A program made the translations under genes and the position numbers. Below are positions 1-11,725 of a stretch of DNA of 64,000 bases, one piece after another. The stretch lies in assembly GCF_009914755.1 (NCBI RefSeq), contig NC_060947.1; one strand, given 5' to 3'. The DNA is from the human T2T-CHM13v2.0 reference genome, Homo sapiens. Position 1 is the stretch's first letter; each line of letters begins with the position of its first letter. The notes under the pieces are model-generated. The model was given only the letters and a program-made list of their open reading frames with translations. It did no database searches and was not told the DNA's origin.

Positions 1-1530
1 GCATTACACAAATAAAGCCCACATGACCATAATAAATTATTTTCCGATGTGATGCTGGATTTGGTTTGTTAGTATTATGTGAGGATTTTTCAGTCTAGGT
101 TCATCGGAGATATTGGCTTGTAGTTTTTTGTTATTATTGTATCCTTGCCAGATTTTGGTAACAGAATGATGCTAATTTCATAGAATGGGTTAGGGAGGAA
201 TCTCTTTTCTTCTATTTTTGGGAATAATTTCAATAAGATTGGTACTAAATAATCTCTGAACGTCTGGTAGAATTTGGCTGTAGTCCATCTGGTCCAGGGC
301 TTCTTTTGTTTGATAGATTTTTTTCTTACTGATTTAATTTTGTAATTCATAATTTGTCAGCTCAGGATTTTGATTTCTTTTTGGTTCAATCTTGGGAGGT
401 TTTGCGTTTGCAGGAATGGAACAATTTCTTCTAGATTTTCTAGTTTGTGTGCATAAAGATGTTCATAATAGTCTCTGAGGATCTTATGTATTTCTGTGGT
501 ATCAGTTGTAATGTCACCTTTGTAATTTCTGATTGTTCTTATTTGAGTCTTCTCCCATTTTTGCTAATGTAGGTAGCATTTTAGCAATTTTGTTTATTCT
601 TTTATAGTATCATTTTTTTTATCATTGATCCTTTGCATGCTTTTTGGCCTCAATTTCATTTAGTTCTGCTATAATATTTGTTATTTATTTTCTTCTGCTG
701 TTTTGCTATTTTGAAGTTTGGTTTGTTCTCATTTCTCTAGTTCCTTTAGCTGTATGTTAGGTTGTCAATTTGAGATATTTCTGTCTTTTAGTTGTAGGCA
801 TTTGGCACTATCAGCTTCACTCTTAACTTTTTTTTGCTGGATCTCAGAGTTTATGGTATGTTGTATCTCTTTTCATTTGGCTCAAATTTTTTTTTACATT
901 TCTGACTTAATTTTATTGTGTGTGTGCGTGCGTGTGTGTGTTTGTGTGTTTGGTGTTGTTGGTTTAAAGTCTGTTTTATCTGATACAAGTATTGCAACTC
1001 CTGCTCTTTTTGTTTTCAACTTGTGTAATTGATCTTTCTACATTCCTTCACTTTAAACCTGTGGGTCTCATGACATGTGATGTTGGTTTCTTGAAGTCAG
1101 CGGAAGGTGGGGTCTTTTTTAATCCAATTTACCACTCTGACTTTTAAGTGGAGCATTTAAGTCATGTATGTTCAAGGCTAATATTGATTTGTGAGATTTT
1201 GTTCCTGTCATAGTGTTTTTGGCTAGTTGCTTTGTAGTATCAATGATGTAATTGCTTTATAGGCTATGGGAACTTTGTAGTTAGGTGTACTTTTATGGTA
1301 GCTAGTATTGTTCTTTCATTTCCATATTTAGAACTCCTTGTACCATTTCTTGTAAGCTTATTCTGGTGGTGATAATTTCCTTTAGCATTTATTTACCTGG
1401 GAAATATTTTATTTCTCCTTTATTTATGAAGCTTACTTTGGCAAGACATAATTTTTTTACTGGCATTTTTCCTATTTAGGGAGACTAAAAATAGGGCTCC
1501 AATTTTTCTGGCTTGTAACATTTGTGCCGA
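1..1530 (-). mobile_element. LINE-1 fragment (L1PB-like): ORF2 N-terminal half to end of ORF1, internally deleted
   Basis: ORF 90..350(-) reads as degenerate L1 ORF2 (LVPILLKLFPKIEE..LPNPFYEISIILLPKSGKD..NYKPISPMNLD). Antisense endonuclease motif GGTTTAAAGTCTGTTTTATCTGATA at 961, then inter-ORF/ORF1 antisense sequence to ~1530. Confidence 0.9.
917..949. repeat. Imperfect (TG)n microsatellite at an L1 internal deletion junction
   Basis: tgtgtgtgtgcgtgcgtgtgtgtgtttgtgtgt read directly. Confidence 0.9.
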
Positions 1531-1642
1531 GAAACTGCCTACTGGGTACTATGTTCACTATTTGGGTGATCATTTCACTATAAGCCAAAACCCCAGTATT
1601 ATGCAATGCACCCTTTCAACCAACCTTCACATGTATCCCCTT
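1531..1642 (+). mobile_element. Short L1PB-type 3' UTR fragment, opposite in orientation to the flanking L1
   Basis: GAAACTGCCTACTGGGTACTATGTTCACTATTTGGGTGAT...CACATGTATCCCC matches recalled L1PB/old L1PA 3' UTR. No poly(A). Confidence 0.8.
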
Positions 1643-1792
1643 TACATTATTCCATATTTCTCTAAGACTTTGTTCATTTTTAAAAACTCATTTTTCCTTT
1701 ATTTTTGTCTGACTGGGTTAATTGAAAAGACTAGTCTTCAAGCTCTGAAATTATTTCCTCTGCTTGGTCTAGTCTATTGTCAAAGTTTCCAA
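1643..1792 (-). mobile_element. LINE-1 ORF1 fragment (continuation of the 1-1530 element)
   Basis: TCTTCAAGCTCTGAAATTATTTCCTCTGCTTGGTCTAGTCTATTG is antisense L1 ORF1 coiled-coil sequence. Confidence 0.8.
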
Positions 1793-1829
1793 AAATTAGC
1801 CTTTTTCAATGCACTGCACTCTCAGGTTT

Positions 1830-2680
1830 GACGTAAAACACTTAATAATATATGTGTTGATCTTTTTCTGTAATTTACTTTTATTGGGCTACTTGCTCAT
1901 ACACATAGCTATATTATACTGTCTTAATAAATATAAATTATAATATGTCATGATATCTGATAGATAGATTATATCCTCCATGTTTGTTATTCTTTGTGTT
2001 GGATTTGTTTTTTCTTGATCCTTTGAATTTCCATATGAATATTAAATTCTATTTGTCAGCTTCCTTACAAAATCTCCTGCTATTTTGATTTGTCTCTTAA
2101 ATTTTCAATCTGTAGACCAATTTTTTTACATATATCACTTATGTATTTGAAAACCACTTGCAGAAATCATGAGATTTTATCTCTAAATACTTTAGCACAT
2201 ATCTCCTAAGAATAAGTTCAATCTGTTACATAAACATAATTCCCATATCAAACTCTAGAAATGTAATAATCGTTCTAGAAAATGATCAAATTACAGGGCA
2301 TATTTGAATTTCCCCAATCATCTCAAAATACCTTCTACATCTTCAAACCCAAAGTTCCAATCCAGTTTTTTTATATGTAAAGCTATTTTTATAGAATATA
2401 CATCTTTAAAATTTCAAACTGATATACAAATTCCATAAACATAAGATACTGAATCTTCCAATACTTAAATAAAATGTGTCCCTCCATTTATTGATGTTTT
2501 CTTTGGTTTATCTCAAAAGTATTTTATTGTTATTATTGTAGTGTTCTCACATATCAGCATTAGATTTAATCCTATGTATAGTTGATGTTTATAATCATTT
2601 AATTAGCATAATTTTAAAACATTTTTTCCACTTTTTTGTGATTAGTATACAGGAACAAAACTCACTTTCAAAAATTACAG
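1830..2680 (-). mobile_element. Highly diverged L1M fragments, including an L1MC4-like 3' UTR piece (~2140-2340)
   Basis: CTTTGAATTTCCATATGAAT (antisense ORF2) and CTAAATACTTTAGCACATATCTCCTAAGAATAAG (L1MC-type 3' UTR motif). Confidence 0.55.
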
Positions 2681-2692
2681 TTTGTCCTAAGG

Positions 2693-4724
2693 TTTTTTTT
2701 TAAAAAAAAACTTTTAAGTTTAGGGGTACAGGTGCAGGTTTGTTACATAGGTAAACTTCAGTCATGGAGGTTTGTCGTACAGATTATTTTATCACCCAGG
2801 TAGTAACCTTAATAACCATTAGTTATTTTTCCTGATCCTCCACCTCCTCCTACCCTCCACACTCTAAAAGGTCCCAGTGTGTGTCGTTCTCCTCTATGTG
2901 TTTATGTGTTCTCATTATTTAGCTCCCACTTATAAGTGAGAAAATGTGGTGATTGGTTTTCTGTTTCTATGTTAGTTTGCTAAGGATGATGGCCTCCAGC
3001 TCCGTCCATGGCCCTGCAAAGGACATGATCTCATTCTTTTTTATGGCTGCATAGTATTTTCTTTAGTCTATAATTGATGAGTATTTAGGTCAATCCCATA
3101 TCTTTGCTACTGTGAACAGTGCTGCAATGAACATATGCATACATGTGTCTTTATAGTAGAGCAATTTATATTCCTTTGGGTGTATACCCAATAATATAGA
3201 TTGCTGGGTTGAATGGTATTTCTGTTCTTAGGTCTTTGAGAAATTGAAACACTGTCTTACACAATGGCTGAACTAACTTACACTCCCATCAACAGTGTAT
3301 AAGCATTCTCCAAAACCTTGCTATCATCTGTTTTTTAAAAATTTTATTTTTAATAATAGTCATTCTGACTGGTATGAGATGGTTTCTTATTGTGGTATTG
3401 ATTTACATTTCTCTAATGATGAGTAAAATTGAGTTTCTTTTCATATGATTGTTGGGCACATGCATGTTTTATTTTGAAAAGTGTCTGTTCAGGTCCATTG
3501 CCCACTTTTTAACGGCGTTTTCTTTTTGTTGTAAATTTGTTTAAGTTCCTTATAGACACTGATTATTAGACTTTTGTTGGCTGCATCATTTGAAAAAAAT
3601 ATTTCTCGTTGTGTAGACTATCTTTTTACTCTGTTGATAGTTTCTTTTGCTGTGCAGAAGCTCTTTAGTTTAATGAGAACCCATTTGTCAATTTTCGTTT
3701 TTGTTGCAATTGCTTTTGGCGACTTTGTCATGAAATCTTTGTCTTGAATGGTATTGTCTAGGAAGTCTTCCAGGGTTTTTGTAGTTTTGTGTTTCACATT
3801 TAAGTCTTCAGTCCATCTTGAGTTAATTTTTGCGTATGGTGTAAGGAAAGGGTCCAGTTTCAATCTTCTGCATATGGCTAGCCAGTTATTCAAGCACCAT
3901 TTATTGAATAGAGAGTCCTTTCCTCCATTGCTTGTTTTTGTCAGGTTTATGAAAGATCAGATAGCTGTAGGTGTGCAGTCTTATTTCTGAGTTCCCTATT
4001 CTGTTCCTTTGGTCTATGTGTCTGGTTTTGTACCACTACCATGATGTTTTGGTTACTGTAGCCCTGTAGTATACTTTGAAGCCAGGTGGCGTGATGTCTC
4101 CAGCTTTGTTCTTCTTGCTTAAGATTGCCTGGGCTATTTGGGATTCTTTTGGGTTCCATAAGAATTTTAAAATAGTTTCTTTTTTTTTTAGTTCTGTGAA
4201 GCATGTCCATAGTAGTTTAATAGGCATAGCATTGAATTTATAAATTGCTTTGGGCAGTATGGCCAATTTAACAATATTGATTCTTCCTCTCCATGGGCAT
4301 GGAATATTTTTCCATTTGTTTATGTACTCTCTGATTTCTTTGAGCAGTGGTTTGTAGTTCTCCTTGTAGAGATCATTCTCCTCCCTGGTCAGCTGTATTC
4401 CTAGGTATTTTATTCTTTTGTGGCAATTGTAAATGGGAGTTTATTCCTGATTTGGCTGTCGGCTTGACTATCATTGGTGTATAAGAATGTAGTGATTTTT
4501 GCACATTGATTTTGTATCCTGAATTTATCATTTTAAGAAGCTTTGGTGCTGAAACTATGGGGTTTTCTAAAGATAGGATCATGTCATGAGCAGACAGGGA
4601 TAGTTTGACTTCCTCTCTTCCTATTTGGATGCCTTCATTTCTTTATCTTGCCTGATTGCCCTGGCCAGAATCTTCCAATAATATGTTGAATGGAAGTGGT
4701 GAGAGAGGCCATCCTTGTCTTGTG
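2693..4724 (-). mobile_element. 5'-truncated L1PA (L1PA11-14-like), ~2 kb: 3' UTR plus ORF2 C-terminus
   Basis: 3' UTR GTACAGATTATTTTATCACCCAGG. ORF2 fragments [18 protein letters not shown] (3618..3893), [18 protein letters not shown] (4036..4266) and [16 protein letters not shown] (4373..4582). Confidence 0.93.
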
Positions 4725-4749
4725 TCTTTTCTTGAAGCAATTACTAATA

Positions 4750-5830
4750 TGTGATCCATCTCCATCGTTTTCTCATTTTGAGAATATTACATACATGGAG
4801 TCATACAGTATCTGACTTTTTATATTGGCCTTTTTTCACTCAGCCTAATTACTGGAGATTCAACAAATTTGCTGCATGTATCCTTCATTCAATTCTATTG
4901 CCTAGTATTAGATGATGGTATTTACCAATACTGTGGGACACTTTGGTTGTTTCCAGTTTGAGGTGAATACAGATAAAGGCGCAATGAACAATTATGTAAA
5001 CATTTTTGTGTGAACATAAATGTTCATTTCCCTAGAATTTGGGATAAGTATGTGGTTGCTGGGTCATATTATAAGTATAGTTTTAGTTTCTTAACAAACT
5101 GCAAAACTGTTTTCCACTGTGGCTATCTTATTTACATCTCCACCAGCAGTATGAGAGTTTATCCTCATCTACTTCAAAATCTGATATTGTCATAATTATT
5201 TATCTTAGCTTCTTTAATAGGTATGTAGTGATTTCTCATTGTGCTATTGATTTGCATTTCCCTCATGGCTAGTAACGGTGAACCTTTTTTTTTCATGTGT
5301 TTATTTGCCATTTATACATCCTCTCCTTTGAAGTGTGTCTTAAATTCTTTTTTAAAGTTTTTTTTTGCCATTTTTTAATTCAAATTTCTTTATTCTTTCT
5401 GTTTGTAACTATTAAATTTTAAAATATTTTAAATATTATGGACATGATTTATTGTCAGATATGCATATTGTAAAGACTTTTTCCCATTTAGTAGCTTCTT
5501 TTTTCATCCCTTAACAGGGTCTTTTGCAAAGCAAATCATTTTAATTGTAATGAATTTTATTTAACTAATTAATTTAATGTAATATAAAAATTTAATTGAA
5601 AAATTTTGAATTTTTATTAAAATATGTTCTAGTGGCAAGAGTAAAAGCTATTCAACAATTCCTGTATCAGAAGTTTCGTCTCTCTATATTATTTTAAAAC
5701 TGTTATAGTTTTATATTTTACATTTAAAATCATGATCCCTATCAGGTTAATTTTTGTATAAAGTACTAATTTGAAGTTGAGGTTACTTGTTGCTACAGCT
5801 ATTCGATTGCTCTAGCACTGTTTTTTTGAA
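4750..5830 (-). mobile_element. Old L1 (L1MB/L1MC-like) 3' portion
   Basis: GGAGTCATACAGTAT..CTTTTTTCACTCAGC 3' UTR motif. TTTGCATTTCCCTCATGGCT and related antisense ORF2 C-terminal motifs. Confidence 0.8.
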
Positions 5831-6014
5831 AGTGGCATCCTCATTCAGCTTTTAATTAAGACAACTGTCTACAGGACTATAAGCAGCAGAATGGGGTCAA
5901 TCTGAAGTATTGATTTTAATCATGCTTCCCAGCATCCTCAACTCAGGCAGCTAAGCAAATGTTATTAACCATTAGAGTCTATCATAGAAACATGGGTGGC
6001 TTTATTCTTACGTT

Positions 6015-6159
6015 TTGTTTATTTTTTATTTTTATTCTTACTTTTTGTAGAGATGGGTTCCTATCAGTCTGCCCAGGCTGATCTTGAAATACCGACCTCA
6101 AGTGATCTTCTCACCTTGGCCTTCCAAAGCGCTCACAGGTGTGAGTCACCATGCCAGGC
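6015..6159 (-). mobile_element. Free left Alu monomer (FLAM_C-like)
   Basis: TTTTGTAGAGATGGG..GCCCAGGCTG..CTCAAGTGATC..CCTTGGCCTTCCAAAG..CACCATGCCAGGC with a T-rich tail. Confidence 0.85.
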
Positions 6160-6581
6160 TTGTTATCATATTTCTTTACTGGCCATGGCACTAATTCAGA
6201 GGAATTCATTCAGGGACTGCATGCTGAATTAGAGGTTGCATAAATAAGAACGTGGTTTGCAGGTATGAAGTTTATGGCAATCTTATCACACAAAACAACC
6301 AGCAAGTTCAGGTGGAACTGAATGCTTTTTAGAGCTGAGATGATATAATTGATAAAATCAACTAAAATAAGGGGCAGATTGTATAACAAATTTTCCTAAT
6401 TGGATGACTCTCATTGTAGGAAAAATTACTTGCAGCATAACATAGTAATAAATCTATTAGACCTCTGAAAAGCTCCCCTGTCTGATGAAGATTATACTCA
6501 TTTTAGAACACTTTCTGTAGTAATATAAGGTTTATTTGATCTACTGGTGGTGTTTTATGAAACACATGGTTTATGACCACC

Positions 6582-6830
6582 TTTTTAAAAAGTATATTTT
6601 TATTTTTGTGAGTACATAGGTGTACATTTTGATGTATTTTTATGAGTGCATAGGTGTACATTTTAAAATATCTCAAATACACATATGTGTATATGTGTTG
6701 TAAATATATAAATTTATATATTATAAATATATAAATATAAAGAGGGATGTTTAGGCAAGTCAGAAAGTCTAAACATGTGTATATGAGATATTTTGTTACA
6801 GGCATATAATGAGACTGAAACACATCAAGG
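6582..6830 (-). mobile_element. L1MA 3'-terminal fragment with internal duplication and an AT-rich insert
   Basis: TTTTTGTGAGTACATAGGTGTAC and ATGAGATATTTTGTTACAGGCAT match the 3' terminus of the neighbouring L1MA at 6925. Confidence 0.7.
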
Positions 6831-6924
6831 TTCCAATTGGAGACTCTTCTAGAAGGACCATGCCTATGACTAGGAAAGACCAGGAGGTAGACTGAGTGTC
6901 AGAAACTGAAAGCAACTAGCTCAA

Positions 6925-9900
6925 TTTTTAAATATATATTTAATTTTTGTGGGTACATAGTAGGTGTATATATTTATGGGTTACATGAGATATTTTGTTA
7001 TAGGCATGCAATATGTAAAAATTACATCAGGATAAATGGGGAATCCATCACCTAAAGCACTTATCTTTTGTGTTACAAAAAATGAATTATACTTTATTTT
7101 AACATATACAATAAAATTATTATTAACTATATTCACCGTGTTATTCTATCAAATAGTACATATTATTTCTATTTTCTAAATATTTTTTGTACATATTAAC
7201 TATCCCTACTTTCCCCTAACCCCCGGAACCCACTACTCCTCCCAGCCTCTGGCAACAATGTGCCTCCATGAGTTCAATTGTTTTAATTTTTATCTCTCAC
7301 AAATAAGTGAGAACATATGAAGCCTGTCCTTCTGTACCTGGCTTATTTTACTTAACATAATGACCTCCAGTTCCATCCATGTTGTTGTAAATGACAGGAT
7401 CGTGTTCTTCTTTATGAGTGACTAATACTATATTGTGTATATGTACCACATTTTCTTTATCCATGCAAGCAACACTTAAGTTGCTTGCAAATCTTGGCTA
7501 TTATAAATAGTACTGCAATAAATATGGGAGTACCAATATCTCTTCAATATACTGGTTTCCTTTCTTTGTGGTATACATCTAGCAGTGGGATTGCTGGATA
7601 ATACGGTAGTTCTAATTTGAGGTTTTTGAGAAACCTCCAAATGGTTCTCCATAATGGTTTTACTAAATTACATTCTCACCAACAGTGCAAAATAGTTCTC
7701 TTCTCTCCCTAATCTCACCAGCATTTGTCAATGGCTTTTTATATAAAAGCCATTTTAACTGGGGTGAGATCACATCTCATTATAGTTTTCATTTGCATTT
7801 CTTTGATGATGAGTGATGTTGAGTATCTTTTCATATACCTGTTTGCCATTTGTATGTCTCCTTTTGAGAAATGTTTATTCAGATCATTTGCTCATTTTTA
7901 AAATCAGATTATTATATTTTTTTCTTGTAGATTTGTTTGAGCTCCTTATATATTCTGGTGATTAAACTCTTGTCAGATATTTGTTAGTTTGCAAATATTT
8001 TCTGCCATTCTGTGGGTTGTCTCTTCACTTAGTCAATGGTTTCCTGTGCAGAAGCTCTTTAACCAGATGTGATCCCATTTCTCCATTTTTACTATGGTTG
8101 CTGGTGCTTGTGGATTATTACTCATGAACTCTGCCCACGCCAATGTCAGAGAGATTTCCTAATGTTTTCTTGTAGGAGTTTCATAGTTTAACGTCTTAGA
8201 TTTAAGCATTTAATGTATTTTGATTTGATTTTTCTATATGGCAAGATATAAGGATCTAGTTTAATTCTTCTCCATATGGATATCCAGTTTCCCCAGCAAC
8301 AGTTATGGAAGATATTGTTCTTTCTCCAATGTATGTTCTTGGCCTTTTTGTGGAAAATCAGTTCACTCTAGATGCATGGTTTTCTTTATGGGTTCTTTAT
8401 TCTGTTTCATTGGTCTATGTGTCTGCTTCTTTGTGGGTAACATGCCATTTTGGTTATTATAGCTCAGTAGTTTAATTTGAAGTAGGGTACTGTTATTCCC
8501 CCACTTTTGTTCTTTTTGCTCAGGATAGCTTTGGCTATTATGGCTCTTTTATGGTTCCATATAAATTTTAGGATTTTTTTCTATATCCGTTAATAATATT
8601 ATTGGTATTTTGAAAGGGGTTGTGTTGAATCTGTGGATTACTTTGTATAGTATGAACATTTTAACGATGTTGATTCTCACAAATCATGACATTGAATATC
8701 TTTTTAGTTTTTGCGTCCTCTTCAATTTCATGCATCAATGTTTATAGATTTCATTGTAGATATCTGTCTTTTCTTTAGTTAAGTTAATTCCTAGGTATTT
8801 AATTGTATTTTTAGCTCTTATAAATGGGGATTCTTTTTTGATTTTTTAAACTATTGTTTGCTAGTGGCACATAGAAATGTTACTGATTTGTGTATTTTGT
8901 TTTCGTATCCTGCAACTGTACTGAATTTACAAGGTCTAAGAGGTTTTTTGGTAGAGTTGTTAGGTTTTTCCAAATATAAGATCATATCATCTGTAAACAA
9001 TTATAATTCGACTTCTTCCTTTCCAATTTGTGTGCCCCTTATTTCTTTCTTTCATATGATTGCTCAGGTAGGACTTCAAGGGATATGTTCAATAACATTG
9101 GTAAAAGTGGACATCCTGGTCATGTTCCAGATCTTAGAAAAAAGATTTTCAGTTTTTCCCCATTCAAAACGATGCTACCTGTGTGTTTGTCATATATTGC
9201 TTTTATTATGTTGATGTATGTTTCTTCTGTACCCAGTTTTTTTAGGATTTTCATCATGAAGCAATATTAAATTTTATCAAATGCTTTTCCATCATCAATT
9301 GAAATGTTTATATGGTTTTTGTTCTTTATTCTGTGAACAGGATGTATCATATTGATTGATTCACATACGACGAACTCTCTTTCTTCCCTCGGATAAATTC
9401 CACTTGGTCATGATTAATGATCTTTTTAATGCATTGTTGAATTTGGCTTGCTTGAATTATTTGAGAACTTTTGCATCACTGTTCATCAGAAATATTGGCC
9501 TGTAAGGTTTTTTTTTTTTTTATTAGACGTGTCTTGTTTTGGTGTAAAGGTAAAACTGGCCTCATAGAATAAATTTGGAGGTATTTCCTCTTCCTCTATT
9601 TTTCGGAAGAACTTGAGAAGGATTAATATTAGTTCTTTTCTAAATATTTGATAAAATTCAGCAGTAAAGCCATCAGTCTTGGGATTTGCTTTGCGGAGAG
9701 AAGTTTTGTTATGGCTTTGATTTCCTTACTTGTTATCAGTCTGTTCAGGTTTTGGATTTCTTCATGGTTCAATCTTGGTAGGTTGTATGTGTCTAGGAAT
9801 TTATTCATTTCTTCTAGGTTTTCCAACGTATTGGCATATAGTTGCTCATAGTAGCCAATAATGAACCTTTGAATTTCTCCAGTATCAACTTTAATGACTC

Positions 9901-10372
9901 CCTTTTCATGTCTTATTTTATTCATTTTGGTCTTCTTTCTTTTTTCTGTTAGTCTGGCTAATTTTTTCAAGTTTGTTTATCTTTTCACTAAACCAAGATT
10001 TTATTTTACTGATCACTTATATTTTTCACATTTTAATTGCATTTATTTCTACTCTGATCTTTAGTATTTCTTTTCTTCTACTAATTTTGGGTTTTACTTT
10101 ATTCCTCCTTTGTGTTTGAAGGATATTTTCACTTGATATATTATTCTAGGGTGAAATTCTGTTTTCAGTGCATTAAATATGTCATGACACATTCTCCAGG
10201 TCTGTAAGATTTCCAGAGAGTCTACGGCCAGACATATTGAAGCTCTGTTGTTTGTTATTTCTTTCATCTTGCTGCTTTTACCAACATTTCTTTATCCTTG
10301 ACCTTTGGGAGTTTGAGTATTAAATGCCTTGATACAGTGTTCTTTGGGTTAAGTCTCCTTGATGTCTTCTAT
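6925..10372 (-). mobile_element. L1MA (L1MA2/3-like): 3' UTR, most of ORF2, then a jump into ORF1
   Basis: 3' end TTTTTGTGGGTACATAGTAGGTGTATATATTTATGGG. ORF 9629..9970(-) [38 protein letters not shown] is L1 ORF2. ORF1 antisense follows after ~10097. Confidence 0.93.
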
Positions 10373-11562
10373 GGTCACCTTTAAGTAGCAAGCAAATGTG
10401 TTTTCAAAACAGAGCGAAGTTAATACTTGGTTTCCCCAGAAGTGCAATGATTACCGGATGCATATACTACTCCATTCAGAAAATGTTTATAATTGTTGAG
10501 ACCCCCAAATGGAAACTACATCAGTCAATTGCCCAGGTGAACATTCCTCCCTCTGTTGTGGGCTCCTGGCCAGTGGTAAGTCTTAAGGTTCCCAGTTAAT
10601 GTCAAATAATTGATTCTGGACCTTGTTTACAGTAAGAACTGCCTGAGAAGAGTTCATTCTACTGGTCTTTTTTTTGTCCATGCCACTCAGTCAGGTTCCA
10701 TTCACCTACCCTATGCAATAAATGGGTGACAGATAAGGGAATAATGGCAGGAAATACATCTAGAGAGACTGACAGGTGTTTTCTTTGAGAGATGCAGAAG
10801 CAGAAGCCCTCCTGTGCAATTTCCAGTAGGCTTCATAGGAAGGCTAAGGGAAGTATTCATCAAATTGTGTTTCAGGTCTGTTTGGTGAGGAAATGCTATC
10901 AAAATTCAAATATATGGTGTTTGCAAAAATTGGGAAGAGTGAAAGCAACCAGGGCATTTTACTTCAAACAGTAGCAATACTGAAATATATATTATTAATA
11001 TGTCTTAATCCTCTGTCACTCCTGGAGATAAGAGGTCCACTTTTCAGTTGGGGGTAAAGTTGCTCTCTTTTCATTGCCACAAAGTTGGTATGTCACGTTC
11101 CAATAGCTATAAAAACACTGATTTTACAATAATCTGTTCTTCACTATTGGAATTCTAATCTAAAAATTTCAGGAGCAATAGAAACAACGGCAATTTATAA
11201 GACTTGAGGAGACTTAATATGTTCCCTACTTTTCCCAAATAGACCACTGTAGACGACTCAGAGAACAGTGCAGTCGACATGTAGTCTTTATCATTATGCT
11301 GTTGGACCATGTTAATTCAACAATCAAATCCAGGTTGCTGAAGAGGAATTAAGTTTGAATCTGCTGGGCCTCCTTTTAGCCATGCTGCTATCTGGGTTCA
11401 CCAACCAGAACAGCAGGGATTGCTGTTAGGAGGAAGACAACATACATTGTGCCAAGGAATGGTTCAAAGTAGGTTTATATACACCCTCCTCAAATTCCTT
11501 TTGTTCATTACTCTGGAATAGTTCAGAGGGTAGCTGCCATTTTGAAACAGAACATTTGGTGA

Positions 11563-11725
11563 ACAAGGCCTTACCAATCAGACCAGAGATTTTTCATGTA
11601 TATTCATACTTCAGGCCACTTCTTTCTTAATACCAGATTAATTACCAAGTGTATGTTGCAAAATTCCACATCTAGGAGGATTTGTTATCAATGGTGATAC
11701 ACCTTTCCATAAAGAGCTTGCTACT
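11563..11725 (-). repeat. Left arm of a 163-bp inverted repeat
   Basis: Ungapped reverse complement of 13039-13201, with 16 mismatches by manual alignment. Confidence 0.97.
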
